Assembly: GCF_046533115.1 (NCBI RefSeq)
Contig: NZ_JAJQRC010000002.1
Coordinates: 43,708 to 107,707, forward strand
DNA: 64,000 bases
DNA from: Treponema sp. TIM-1
GTDB taxonomy: Bacteria > Spirochaetota > Spirochaetia > Treponematales > Breznakiellaceae
Direction of reading: 5' to 3'
Made by a program: the position numbers and the translations under genes. Positions 55,947 through 64,000 of the stretch are shown here, in pieces. A model generated the notes under the pieces. The model ran no database searches and was not told where the DNA came from. It saw nothing but the letters and a program-made list of their open reading frames with translations. Position 1 is the first letter of the stretch, and the number at the start of each line of letters is the position of its first letter.

Positions 55947-55975
55947 ATAATACCCGCTCACAGGGGGTGTATCAA
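55947..55975 (-). promoter_or_regulatory. Candidate sigma70 promoter for leuS (TTGATA-N17-TATTAT on the minus strand)
   Basis: On the plus strand this reads TATCAA at 55970-75 and ATAATA at 55947-52. It sits in the cimA-leuS intergenic region. No T-box-like leader is evident. Confidence 0.4.
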
Positions 55976-55990
55976 GCGTTTGCCGGCCCC

Positions 55991-57646
55991 TTATAGATAC
56001 GCCCGGAACTTCCGCTCAATATCGCCAATCAGCTTGTATTCGATGGAATCCACCAGGGCGGCACGGCTGGCATCGATGATGTCCTCGGAAACCCCCAGGG
56101 TACTCCAGGTTTTCACCCCGTCGGTGGATTCGATGAGGACCCGGACCTTGGCGGCGGTGGCGGCGTTGCCGTCGATAACCCGGACCTTGTAGTCCGAAAG
56201 CCGGACCTGCTCCAACTCCGGGTAGAACCGGGTAAGGGCCCGGCGGAGGGCGCCGTCCAGGGCGTTCACCGGACCATCCCCCTCGGCGGCGGCGATCTCG
56301 TCCTTGCCCTCCACCCAAACCTTGACCCATGCGTGGGAACAGGCAATGGTCTCCCCGGTAGGGTGTTCACTGACCACCCGATAGGCGAGAATTTTGAAGA
56401 GGGACCGCCGGGACTCTTCGGAACGGCCCGTATGCCGGCTTAGTTCCCGGCGGACCAGGATCTCGAAACTGGCGTCGGCCCCCTCAAAGGCCCAGCCCTC
56501 AGCCTCCAGAGTCTTGAGCTTTTCCGCAATGGCCGCGATTACCGGGTGGTCCTTCGTAAAAGAAGGATCGATCTTTTTCGCCCGCTCGGCCACGGCGGAA
56601 CGCCCCCCCACTTCGCTCATCAAGAGGTGCCGGTTGTTCCCCACCAGGGCGGGATCGATGTGTTCAAAGGAACGGCGTACCTTGAGGACCCCGTCGGTGT
56701 GCATCCCCCCCTTATGGGAAAAGGCGCTGGACCCCACATAGGGCATGGCACCGGGGACCGGGATATTGGCAATCTCCGCCACCCGCCGGGTCGTTTCGGC
56801 GATCAGGGGCAGCTTGCCCCGGGGAAGGCAGCGAAGCCCCCATTTGAGTTCCAGGCTGGGGATGAGGGCCGCAAGGCTCGTATTGCCGCAGCGTTCTCCA
56901 AAGCCCACCAGGGTCCCCTGCACATGCCGGCACCCCCCCTTAACCGCCGCCAGGGCATTGGCTATGGCCAGCCCCATATCATTATGGGCATGAATCCCAA
57001 CGTCCACCCCCGACTTTTCATACTTTTGAAGAACCGCCCCCACTCCGGCGGTCATATCGTCGGGAAAACTGCCGCCGTTGGTATCGCAGAGAACCATGGT
57101 CTTTGCCCCGGCTTTCAAAGCGGTTTCCAGGGTGGAGAGGGCATAGCCGGGATTGGCCTTCCAGCCGTCAAAAAAATGTTCCGCATCGAAAAAAACTTTA
57201 CGGCCCTGGGCCGTAAGAAAGGCCGTGGTTTCAAAAATCATGGCAAGATTTTCCTCAAGGGATACCCGGAGTACCTCGGTTACATGGAGATCCCAGCTCT
57301 TCCCAAAGATCACCACCCCTTCGGTATTCGCCTCAAGCAAACGGCGGATTTGGGGATCATCGGCGGCTTTTATCCCCGGTTTTCGGGTTGGCCCAAAGGC
57401 GCAGAGCCGGCTATGTCCCAGACTGAGCCCCCGGACCAGGCTGAAAAATTCCGCGTCCTTGGGATTACTTCCCGGGTTCCCCGCCTCAATCCAGGCCACC
57501 CCCAGATCATCCAGGGCCCGGACTACGGCGAGTTTATCCTGTACCGAAAAGCTGATCCCTTCGCCCTGAGCCCCGTCCCTGAGGGTGGTATCGAGAATTT
57601 CAAGGTCCGTTCCCCCGGATACGCCGGTTTCTGTTTCGCTGCTCAC
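55991..57646 (-). CDS. cimA: Citramalate synthase / 2-isopropylmalate synthase family (long form with C-terminal regulatory domain)
   Basis: The N-terminus ILDTTLRDGAQGEGISFSVQDKLAVVRALDDLGVAWIEAG is the HMGL-like/LeuA start. The 551-aa length and the C-terminal LeuA-dimer domain are typical of CimA/LeuA. CimA is not distinguished from LeuA by sequence alone. Confidence 0.7.
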   Translation of the reverse strand: MSSETETGVSGGTDLEILDTTLRDGAQGEGISFSVQDKLAVVRALDDLGVAWIEAGNPGSNPKDAEFFSLVRGLSLGHSRLCAFGPTRKPGIKAADDPQIRRLLEANTEGVVIFGKSWDLHVTEVLRVSLEENLAMIFETTAFLTAQGRKVFFDAEHFFDGWKANPGYALSTLETALKAGAKTMVLCDTNGGSFPDDMTAGVGAVLQKYEKSGVDVGIHAHNDMGLAIANALAAVKGGCRHVQGTLVGFGERCGNTSLAALIPSLELKWGLRCLPRGKLPLIAETTRRVAEIANIPVPGAMPYVGSSAFSHKGGMHTDGVLKVRRSFEHIDPALVGNNRHLLMSEVGGRSAVAERAKKIDPSFTKDHPVIAAIAEKLKTLEAEGWAFEGADASFEILVRRELSRHTGRSEESRRSLFKILAYRVVSEHPTGETIACSHAWVKVWVEGKDEIAAAEGDGPVNALDGALRRALTRFYPELEQVRLSDYKVRVIDGNAATAAKVRVLIESTDGVKTWSTLGVSEDIIDASRAALVDSIEYKLIGDIERKFRAYL

Positions 57647-57719
57647 CTTTCCTGCTCCTACCGGAGTTTACCCGATTTTAACGCATATTAAAAGTACATC
57701 ATTGCAGTTTGAAACCGCC

Positions 57720-60251
57720 TCAGGAAAACAAAAAGCTTTCGGTGTCCCGTAAAACCGAGGAAAATTCCCCAAAGCTGGTCCGGGTCTTGGGCAGGGAACG
57801 GATGAAAAATTCCCCGTACCGCTTGCGGAGGATCCGTCCGTCCAAAACAGCTACGATACCCCGATCCCCACTGCGGCGCATGAGCCGGCCAAAGCCCTGT
57901 TTGAATTTCATCACCGCTTCGGGAAGGGAAAGCTCCATAAAGGGATTTCGCCCCTGTTTTTCCAGCGCTTCCCGGCGGGCTTCGAAAACCGGGTCCCGGG
58001 GGGTCCTGAAGGGGAGGCGGCAGAGGATCACCATCCGCAGGGTATCCCCCGGGGCGTCCACCCCTTCCCAGAACGAATCGGTTCCAAAAAGAACGCTGGA
58101 CTCGTCCGCCAGGAAAGCGCCGAGGAGGCGGCTCCGGTCGTCGTCTCCCTGTTTCAGGCAGCGGATCCCCTGTTTTTCCAGGACCGGAACCGCGGCGGCA
58201 TAGGCGCTTTTAAGGGCTTCGTAGGAGGTAAAGAGGACCAGGGTAGACCCTCCGGCGAGCTCCGTCAGTTTCAAAACCGCCTGATCCACAAAGGCCTGGT
58301 ATCGATCTTCGTCGGGAAGGGGGGCATCCGCCGGGGCGGCGAGCAGCACCGACCGGGCATAGGGAAAGGGAGAGGGGAATTGTCCCGTAAGGGGTTCCCG
58401 GTCCGCCACCAGGGTGATTCCGGAACGGCGGTTCCAATAGGCAAAAGCTCCGGGGTTCTGGGAGCCGGAACCAGAACCGGCTACGGTGAGGGTGGCGGAG
58501 AGGCACACCACGGTCTTATGGGGCTCAAAAAGGGCGGTCCCCAGGACAGGGGCCACCTCCAGGGGAGTAACGGTAAAAACCGCCCAGGAACCCCGATCGT
58601 CACCGGATACCGCGCTTCTATGGGTCTCCAGCCACATAACCTCCTGGGGGCGTTCACCGTATTCCACAAAGGCCCCGCAGACAGCGGCCACCGTCTCAAG
58701 CCGCCGCAGGACGGCCTTTACCTCCCAGGCCACGGCGTTACGGTCCGAATCGGCTGCCGTGGTGGTTGCCGGGTCCTTTTCGTCTTCGGCAAACTCCACC
58801 AGGGACCGGAGTACCCCCGCCAGGGAAGCTATGCGCTTCCGCAGGGTTATCAAGGCGGGTATCAGGACCGGAAGGAACCGGTCCTCCCGGGAGGGACAGA
58901 GCCGGAAAACTCCCTCTTCAGCGCAAAGGTCCAGTCCCGCCTCGTCCAAGGCGTCAGCGGCGTCCCGGGTTTTTTGAATGGCCTCCGCCGCATCGTCAAG
59001 CTCTTGGGGGGTTATGGTGGGAAGCCTGAAAAGGAGCCCCATTTGACGGCCCCGGCGCCGGTGGTAGAGCCGCCCCAACTGGCGGTAGAGCCCCAGGCGG
59101 CTGAATCCTTTGGAAAAAAAAGAGGTGGCCGCATCCTCCACCTTGTGGGCCTCATCGATGACGATCCGCCGGTAGGGGGGCAGTACCACGGTACTGTCAT
59201 ACCCCGCCCCCTCCCGCCGGGCGGCAATATCCGCGAAAAGCAGGTGGTGGTTCACCACCAGGACCCGGGCATCGGCGGCTTCTTTTCGTAAGGCCAGGAC
59301 AAAACACCGCTCCCGTTCGGGGCAGCGCATTCCCATGCAGAGATCGACCTCCGAACAGATCCGGGACCAGAGATCGTCCGGGGGCATAAAGGAAAGATCC
59401 GACCGGCTCCCGGTTTTGGTGATTTCCGACCAGGCGAGGATGGCCCGGATGTCGTTGTCGTCTTCCTCGAAAAGGCTCTGTTCCCGGAGAGCATCGTACA
59501 GGCGGCGGCGGCACAGGTAGTTTCCCCTTCCCTTGATGAGGACCACCTTGATTTTTTTGTTTAGGGCCGCCGTTACCAGGGGTATGTCCTTGTCAAAAAG
59601 CTGCTGCTGCAATGGAATGGTAGCGGTGGAAAGGACGATCCGTTCATTGTTTTCCAGGGCAAACACCAGGCTGGGGAGGAGGTAGGCAAAGGACTTCCCC
59701 ACCCCGGTACCCGCCTCGGCGGCCACCAGGGCGTCTTCATTAAACCCCCGGATGATGAGCCGCATCAGATCCAATTGGGATTCCCGGATCTCGTAGGAGG
59801 GGAGCCGCCGGCTTATGGCCCCCCCCGCTTCCAGGGCGGCGCAGAGGCGTTCCGGGTCCAGTTCCTTCCGCTTTTGTCTGAGGGTGGGTTCGGCAATAAC
59901 GTAGACCTTTTCCACCTGGTTATCGACGATGAAGGAGCCCATCCCCCCCTCGGCGGCCCGGGAGGCGATGACCAAATCGTTGTCACTGGGGACAAGAAAA
60001 GCCGAAGAGTGGTTGTGGATGAGCACATCCGGGGGCCGGGAGGGATCTTGAAACCGGTCCAGGGCAAGGACGGAACTTTCGTTGCCCCGGGCCGCTATCT
60101 CCAGGGAAGCCACGAGCCCCGCCTCGTTACAATAGCCCAGGGCAAACACCTCATTACCCCCGGCGTCCTCGATTTCCGCCCGGAGCCGGGCCCTGGACTT
60201 TTCCGTAAACCGTTTCGCCGCCTGCACCGGATATCCCCCCGCCGGGAGCAT
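57720..60251 (-). CDS. DinG/Rad3-family ATP-dependent helicase with an N-terminal RadC-like JAB/MPN domain
   Basis: The helicase has Walker A AEAGTGVGKS and DEAH box VIDEAHKVED, with a C-terminal helicase domain. The N-terminal 125 aa contain VLIHNHSSAFLVPSDNDL, which matches the JAMM motif HxHx7Sx2D of RadC (HNHPSGDPTPSQED). Confidence 0.7.
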   Translation of the reverse strand: MLPAGGYPVQAAKRFTEKSRARLRAEIEDAGGNEVFALGYCNEAGLVASLEIAARGNESSVLALDRFQDPSRPPDVLIHNHSSAFLVPSDNDLVIASRAAEGGMGSFIVDNQVEKVYVIAEPTLRQKRKELDPERLCAALEAGGAISRRLPSYEIRESQLDLMRLIIRGFNEDALVAAEAGTGVGKSFAYLLPSLVFALENNERIVLSTATIPLQQQLFDKDIPLVTAALNKKIKVVLIKGRGNYLCRRRLYDALREQSLFEEDDNDIRAILAWSEITKTGSRSDLSFMPPDDLWSRICSEVDLCMGMRCPERERCFVLALRKEAADARVLVVNHHLLFADIAARREGAGYDSTVVLPPYRRIVIDEAHKVEDAATSFFSKGFSRLGLYRQLGRLYHRRRGRQMGLLFRLPTITPQELDDAAEAIQKTRDAADALDEAGLDLCAEEGVFRLCPSREDRFLPVLIPALITLRKRIASLAGVLRSLVEFAEDEKDPATTTAADSDRNAVAWEVKAVLRRLETVAAVCGAFVEYGERPQEVMWLETHRSAVSGDDRGSWAVFTVTPLEVAPVLGTALFEPHKTVVCLSATLTVAGSGSGSQNPGAFAYWNRRSGITLVADREPLTGQFPSPFPYARSVLLAAPADAPLPDEDRYQAFVDQAVLKLTELAGGSTLVLFTSYEALKSAYAAAVPVLEKQGIRCLKQGDDDRSRLLGAFLADESSVLFGTDSFWEGVDAPGDTLRMVILCRLPFRTPRDPVFEARREALEKQGRNPFMELSLPEAVMKFKQGFGRLMRRSGDRGIVAVLDGRILRKRYGEFFIRSLPKTRTSFGEFSSVLRDTESFLFS

Positions 60252-60260
60252 ACAACGGAG

Positions 60261-60298
60261 GCCGCCTGATACGCAAGTCGTATCAGGCGGCTTTTTTT
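60261..60298 (+). terminator. Strong plus-strand intrinsic terminator-like hairpin with no annotated upstream plus-strand gene
   Basis: GCCGCCTGATAC-gcaagtc-GTATCAGGCGGC is a perfect 12-bp stem followed by TTTTTTT. It begins 10 nt from the helicase start codon on the opposite strand. Confidence 0.55.
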
Positions 60299-60664
60299 CG
60301 GTGTTTTTTTTGAAATTTTTTAATTATTTTTCAAAAAAAACGAGATTTTTTTTGAAAGGTATGATACAGTCTTTAGTATACCCTTTAAAGGGAATGATAC
60401 GGGCTGCCGGGCATGTTACAAAGCAAACTACCTGCGGCCGTCAAGTATATCGGGGCTCTGAAAAGAGGGACCCCGGGGTAGCGCCCATACCTAGCAAGTA
60501 AAACGCTGCCGCCGGGGCTGCACTAACGCACTGTTGATTATAGCCGAGCCCGGCAATAATAACAATGCGCCAGTCCTCTTTTTATCCCCCGGCGTGGGGT
60601 TACTCCTGCGCCGGGGACACCCGGGATTTGTCCCGGGTGTATATATTTTATGAAGGAGGACTCT

Positions 60665-62440
60665 ATGAAAAACAAGAGTCGTTTTATAGGGAGCATGGTC
60701 TTGCTCCTCATGGCATTGCTGGTCCTGGGGGGCTGCCCCACCGGGACTTCGGGAACGGAGACCCAGAATCCGGGGAATCCCCCTTCCAATCCTTCCGGTC
60801 CTTCCGGTCCCTCCATCCCCACTAAAACGCCGGTGCAGTTGGCAAGTGAACTGGTGAGCACACTGAATAGGGGCCTTGCTGCTGGCGCTGAGATTGTAGA
60901 GCGTGTCGGCTCAACCGTCACGGTTAAAAATAATTTTACCGTTGGTACTGGTCCAGGAGAGATTGCGGCCGTTACCATCCCTGGCGGGGTTACCTTTTCC
61001 GTGCCGGATGGTAAGACGGTAACCATTGCCGGAGGAACAACTACGGTCAGCGCCGGCGGTAAGGTTGAAGTAGCAGGTAACGGTACCTTAACCAAAACAG
61101 GGGGAACCTTCAACTTCTCTCCCGGTGCGGTTGTCTTTAAAGTGGATTTGGAAACGACTGATATCGGTAGCGGTTCAAAGGGGTTAAACGACCGAATAAC
61201 GGGGGCAAAGAAATTGGGCCCCGGCACGGTCATGGAGTTGACCCCGGACTTCTATGAAGATGTAGAGAATAACGTCACGACGGCTATCGTCACCGACGCC
61301 GGCCCTGACCGCAACACTATCCCCTACACCATCAAGGGCCAGGGAACGGCAGACGACGACCCCTCCCTTCCCGTGGGTATACTCCTGGCCAACGACAAGG
61401 TGACGCTGGACGAGATGAAGGTCGAGATTACCATCCCAACCCAGGCGGCGATAACGACGAGTAATACAAGGTATACGGCTGGTATATCCATCAGCAGATA
61501 TGATGGAACCAGCATACTTACCGGTGATAATCTGGCCAATAATGATGTAACGGTAAAGAATTGCAAGGTAACCTATGCCATTGACCCATTGGACACAAAC
61601 ACCAGCTATACCCATAACGCCGGTATCTATGTATCAGGTGCCTCAGGCCCCAGTGTTACTCCGCGAAAGATTATTATTGAGGGTAATACGGTTGAGACTT
61701 CGGGAAGGGGGACAGCGGCGGCCCAGGGAGTGGTTGTCCAGTATTACGATCCGTCTATAGTCATTAAAAACAATACCCTGTCATCGGGTACGGGTGGCGC
61801 CGAAACCGTAAACGCTCCGGCCGCCGCCCTCTTTTTGAACATTAACCCCGCTACGATAACGGACCCCACGGTTTCGCCGCAAATCACCGGAAATACGCTT
61901 GACGGCCATAACATCGACTTTTACGTCAACATCTTCAGCACGGGGGATTATAAAGGTGTAGAGGACCTGTTTAACAGCAAATTCGGCACCTACTATTCCA
62001 CCTGGGCGACAGACACTACGGACAATTTCTACCGGAAACTCTACACCGCGCTTATCGGCCAGTCCAAGGCTACCGGGTATGCCGGATTGTTCTTCATGGT
62101 GCTTGGTGGAACCGCGGGTTCATACGACGGCTATTGTTTCGTCTACGAAGCCTGGGAGAAAAGCAGCGGCGTGGTTACCGCAGTTGACTATTGGGGCGCA
62201 ACGATTCTTTCTTCTGGAACGGCCCTTGCTTATAATGCCGGTTCAGGTTCGAATATGTATGATACCGATGCGGCCGCAGGCACATCGGGAAACGGCCATT
62301 TCAACACCCAGAAAGCCGGGTATCGCGGACGGATAAATCTTACGACCGATCCAAAATCATATGATAACTTCAAGTTCCACCCGACTGATGGTAATTCGCA
62401 AGGTTCTTATAGCTGGGCAGACGGAGTTACCTCCCTATAA
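60665..62440 (+). CDS. Lipoprotein with Gly/Thr-rich beta-solenoid-like repeats
   Basis: Probable start at the ATG at 60665, 7 nt after AGGAGG. Signal peptide with a lipobox LLVLGGC. There is a Pro-rich linker NPGNPPSNPSGPSGPS. Repeated G-T/G-N-T motifs suggest a parallel beta-helix. GC is lower than in the flanking genes. Confidence 0.5.
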   Translation: MKNKSRFIGSMVLLLMALLVLGGCPTGTSGTETQNPGNPPSNPSGPSGPSIPTKTPVQLASELVSTLNRGLAAGAEIVERVGSTVTVKNNFTVGTGPGEIAAVTIPGGVTFSVPDGKTVTIAGGTTTVSAGGKVEVAGNGTLTKTGGTFNFSPGAVVFKVDLETTDIGSGSKGLNDRITGAKKLGPGTVMELTPDFYEDVENNVTTAIVTDAGPDRNTIPYTIKGQGTADDDPSLPVGILLANDKVTLDEMKVEITIPTQAAITTSNTRYTAGISISRYDGTSILTGDNLANNDVTVKNCKVTYAIDPLDTNTSYTHNAGIYVSGASGPSVTPRKIIIEGNTVETSGRGTAAAQGVVVQYYDPSIVIKNNTLSSGTGGAETVNAPAAALFLNINPATITDPTVSPQITGNTLDGHNIDFYVNIFSTGDYKGVEDLFNSKFGTYYSTWATDTTDNFYRKLYTALIGQSKATGYAGLFFMVLGGTAGSYDGYCFVYEAWEKSSGVVTAVDYWGATILSSGTALAYNAGSGSNMYDTDAAAGTSGNGHFNTQKAGYRGRINLTTDPKSYDNFKFHPTDGNSQGSYSWADGVTSL

Positions 62441-62497
62441 ACTCTCCCACCGAACCTCCTGGTTTGGGAAAGGTCCCCTCGCGGCTAGTCCGTGAAC

Positions 62498-62532
62498 AGC
62501 CCCGGCAGGCTTTCCCTGCCGGGGCTTTTTTA
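62498..62532 (+). terminator. Intrinsic terminator downstream of the lipoprotein gene
   Basis: AGCCCCGGCAGG-ctttc-CCTGCCGGGGCT is a perfect 12-bp stem followed by TTTTTTAT. Confidence 0.65.
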
Positions 62533-62958
62533 TGTCTTGCGGAACGATGGACACTGACAAAGGACAGTGCACTTTTTTGCATATATTTCAAGGGGTATAT
62601 ACTTTGCCATTGCCATAAAATGTTTGTCTTTGGTGACGATCTTTAATTTATTTTGCATACAATTCTGGGCGATTAGTATATCCGATATTCCTACATTATT
62701 GTTCCCATACTTTAAATTTAATAGTTGTATACCTTGTATTTCCCGCCAATCAATTACCAAAACTTTTTTCCGTAAACTATTCAATAAGTCCGCTAATTTA
62801 TTTTCTCTTTGGTGAATTACCAATGGCAAGAGTTCTGTTAAAATAATATCGTTTGTACATACCAAATTAGTATATATCAATTCCTTGATAAAAGAATATT
62901 TTTCATTTCCCTTAAAAAATTCAATCCATGCGGACGAATCTATAATAGTATCGCTCAT
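62530..62958 (-). CDS. vapC: PIN-domain ribonuclease toxin (VapC-like)
   Basis: 142 aa with the N-terminus IIDSSAWIEFF and conserved acidic residues. It overlaps the antitoxin stop. GC is about 30%. Confidence 0.7.
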   Translation of the reverse strand: MSDTIIDSSAWIEFFKGNEKYSFIKELIYTNLVCTNDIILTELLPLVIHQRENKLADLLNSLRKKVLVIDWREIQGIQLLNLKYGNNNVGISDILIAQNCMQNKLKIVTKDKHFMAMAKYIPLEIYAKKCTVLCQCPSFRKT

Positions 62959-63146
62959 CGTTTCCTCAATTTATCCAAATCAATATCCAGGGTTATTTTT
63001 CCAAAATAATTAGTCAATTCTCTGACCTTTTCTCGTTGGATGACATGCTCTAACGCGTATTTTATCAAGGCGGTTTTGGTTGAAATTTTGGTTAATGTCA
63101 TGGCTTCATTAACCAATGCGTCGGGCAATTCCAGAGTGGTTCTCAT
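62955..63146 (-). CDS. vapB: Type II antitoxin (VapB-like)
   Basis: 63 aa with MRTTLELPDALVNEAMTLT. It lies upstream of, and overlaps, the PIN gene. Confidence 0.55.
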   Translation of the reverse strand: MRTTLELPDALVNEAMTLTKISTKTALIKYALEHVIQREKVRELTNYFGKITLDIDLDKLRKR

Positions 63147-63255
63147 ATAAAATACCTCTATGCATATAATAACATCTTTTCGTATGTATTGTCCAATGAT
63201 TTTTTACATAAACCGCGATGAAATTTAACCATATAACCATATTATCGAAGCAAAA

Positions 63256-63280
63256 GTTCGTGATGTTCGTGTCGTTCGTG
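63256..63280. repeat. Three exact direct repeats of GTTCGTG at 9-bp spacing. Related to the 27649 element.
   Basis: GTTCGTGatGTTCGTGtcGTTCGTGgtt. The flanks AAAAGTTCGTG and GTTaa..ATTCTTC are also shared with the 27640-27690 copy. It sits in the divergent region between vapB and the cysteine desulfurase gene. Confidence 0.6.
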
Positions 63281-63356
63281 GTTAATCCTATTCTTCCTGC
63301 GTAACATGGGCTGATAATCTTTACAAGGCCCGGCTTTTTTTTTATGATCCTACCCT

Positions 63357-64000
63357 ATGGATACCTGCCGTAACCGGCTGCGGAAACGCCGTTACTTTGA
63401 CTGGGCCGCCACCGCCCCGCCGGATATTCCTGTCCCCGGGGACGTCCCCTTGGGGAACCCCTCCTCCCGTCATGGTGAGGGCCGGGAGGCCCGGGACGCC
63501 CTGGAGGAGGCCCGGAACCGGTGTGCCGCCGCCCTGGGGGTACGGGCCAAGCACCTCTTCTTTACTTCCGGGGGAACCGAATCCAACGCCCTGGTCCTCT
63601 TTTCCACCCTCTTCCGAAACCGGGGGGATATCCTCTACTCCGCGGTGGAACATCCCTCGGTAAGTGAGAACTGCCGGGTCCTGGAGCGGCTGGGAAAAGG
63701 GGTTGCCCCCATCGCCGTAGGTGAGGATGGCCGGGTAACTACGGAAACCCTGGAAGCGGCGCTGAAGAAAAATACCGGGGCCCGTTTGGCGGCGATTATG
63801 GGGGTGAATAATGAAACCGGGGCCGTCATGGACCTTTCCGGCCTGATAGACCGAATCAGAAACCGGGGGGGAGCCCCCGTCCATGTTCACGGCGACATGG
63901 TCCAGTCCCTGGGGAAGATCCCCCTGGACCTTACGGCCCTGGATCTGGATTCCGCCTCCGTAAGCGCCCATAAACTCGGGGGCCCCCGGGGGATAGGCCT
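63357..64000 (+). CDS. Cysteine desulfurase / class V aminotransferase. Partial, continuing beyond the window.
   Basis: MDTCRNRLRKRRYFDWAATAP...TSGGTESNAL...SVSAHKLGGPRGIG carries the PLP-Lys motif SxHK. It is not in the ORF track because it has no stop in the window. The listed minus-strand ORF 63342..63971 is its shadow. Confidence 0.8.
   Translation, partial: MDTCRNRLRKRRYFDWAATAPPDIPVPGDVPLGNPSSRHGEGREARDALEEARNRCAAALGVRAKHLFFTSGGTESNALVLFSTLFRNRGDILYSAVEHPSVSENCRVLERLGKGVAPIAVGEDGRVTTETLEAALKKNTGARLAAIMGVNNETGAVMDLSGLIDRIRNRGGAPVHVHGDMVQSLGKIPLDLTALDLDSASVSAHKLGGPRGIG

Noticed and set aside
55880-55990. T-box riboswitch upstream of leuS, and similarly upstream of metG
   Set aside because: No specifier-loop or T-box (AATTAGGGTGGNACCGCG-like) sequence is present. 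Only a plain sigma70-like promoter is seen.
60301-60501. 66-aa ORF in the helicase-lipoprotein intergenic region
   Set aside because: Its sequence (KGMIQSLVYPLKGMIRAAG) mirrors a DNA direct repeat and poly-T tracts. There is no RBS. It is likely an artefact of structured non-coding DNA.
63320-63345. GGCCCGGC followed by T9, a possible terminator
   Set aside because: The sequence preceding the T-tract does not form a credible stem because the arms are not complementary.
63342-63971. 209-aa minus-strand ORF
   Set aside because: It is a shadow ORF antisense to the clearly recognisable cysteine desulfurase, which has a PLP-Lys motif, on the plus strand. Such shadows are typical of high-GC regions. 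The same holds for many other listed ORFs such as 27590..28465, 28036..29124, 53919..54599 and 58380..59291.
1-64000. CRISPR arrays, tRNA or rRNA genes, integrase-bounded prophage
   Set aside because: No regularly spaced direct repeats with unique spacers were found. No tRNA-like cloverleaf candidates were seen in intergenic regions. No integrase or phage structural genes were recognised.

Overview
This 64 kb window is a chromosomal segment of about 55% GC with Spirochaete-like gene content (Treponema/Spirochaeta-like). Families pointing that way include a FapA/DUF342 protein, a DUF3276 Pur-alpha-like protein, a UPF0210+ACT pair, HflK/HflC, TPR proteins, a GldG-type ABC system and an HD-GYP response regulator. 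It is mostly housekeeping and carries no rRNA, tRNA or CRISPR. Order is left to right; (-) means the gene lies on the minus strand. The first run is a partial sugar-ABC permease, a MATE efflux pump, a methyltransferase (-), a degenerate LytM-like protein (-), a beta-propeller protein (-) and an HTH-PTS-EIIA fusion. Next come a transglutaminase-like protein (-), RluA, an aldo/keto reductase, a membrane protein (-), hflC and hflK (-), a MEMO1-like protein (-), a degenerate-GGDEF membrane protein and an ABC ATPase/permease/GldG/DUF4340 operon (-). These are followed by RNase Z (-), a FemAB-like protein (-), metG (-), a CYTH protein (-), an Hpt/HD-GYP response-regulator pair (-) and a YtrA-type GntR/SPFH/ABC-FtsX/LolA-like/OMP operon (-). 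The middle of the window holds an IS200-like/RAYT Y1 transposase, a UPF0210+ACT pair (-), an AI-2E transporter (-), two TPR proteins (-), a metallophosphoesterase, a ParB-like protein and pdxK. After these come an M28-like peptidase, a flavin reductase (-), pgi (-), argR (-), a FapA protein, a PRTase, rnhB, a DUF3276 protein (-) and a phosphoglucomutase (-). The last run is aroF (DAHP synthase), tyrA, leuS (-), cimA/leuA (-), a RadC-DinG helicase fusion (-), a low-complexity lipoprotein, a low-GC vapBC pair (-) and a partial cysteine desulfurase. The most unusual signals are four. (1) A 12-13-mer GGGGACAGAGCT(C/G) recurs at least 12 times in both orientations, inside genes in all reading frames and as inverted pairs. 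One pair is an in-frame palindromic insertion in the M28-like gene, and another flanks the RAYT transposase. (2) A 45-codon leader ORF with six consecutive Tyr codons, a consensus sigma70 promoter and an intrinsic terminator sit in front of aroF-tyrA. (3) A perfect 12-bp-arm palindrome CGGTTTCAAAAT-N6/7-ATTTTGAAACCG lies about 20 to 25 bp upstream of two unrelated genes, with half-sites upstream of others. (4) A triple 9-bp direct repeat (GTTCGTGnn)x3 is present at two loci.
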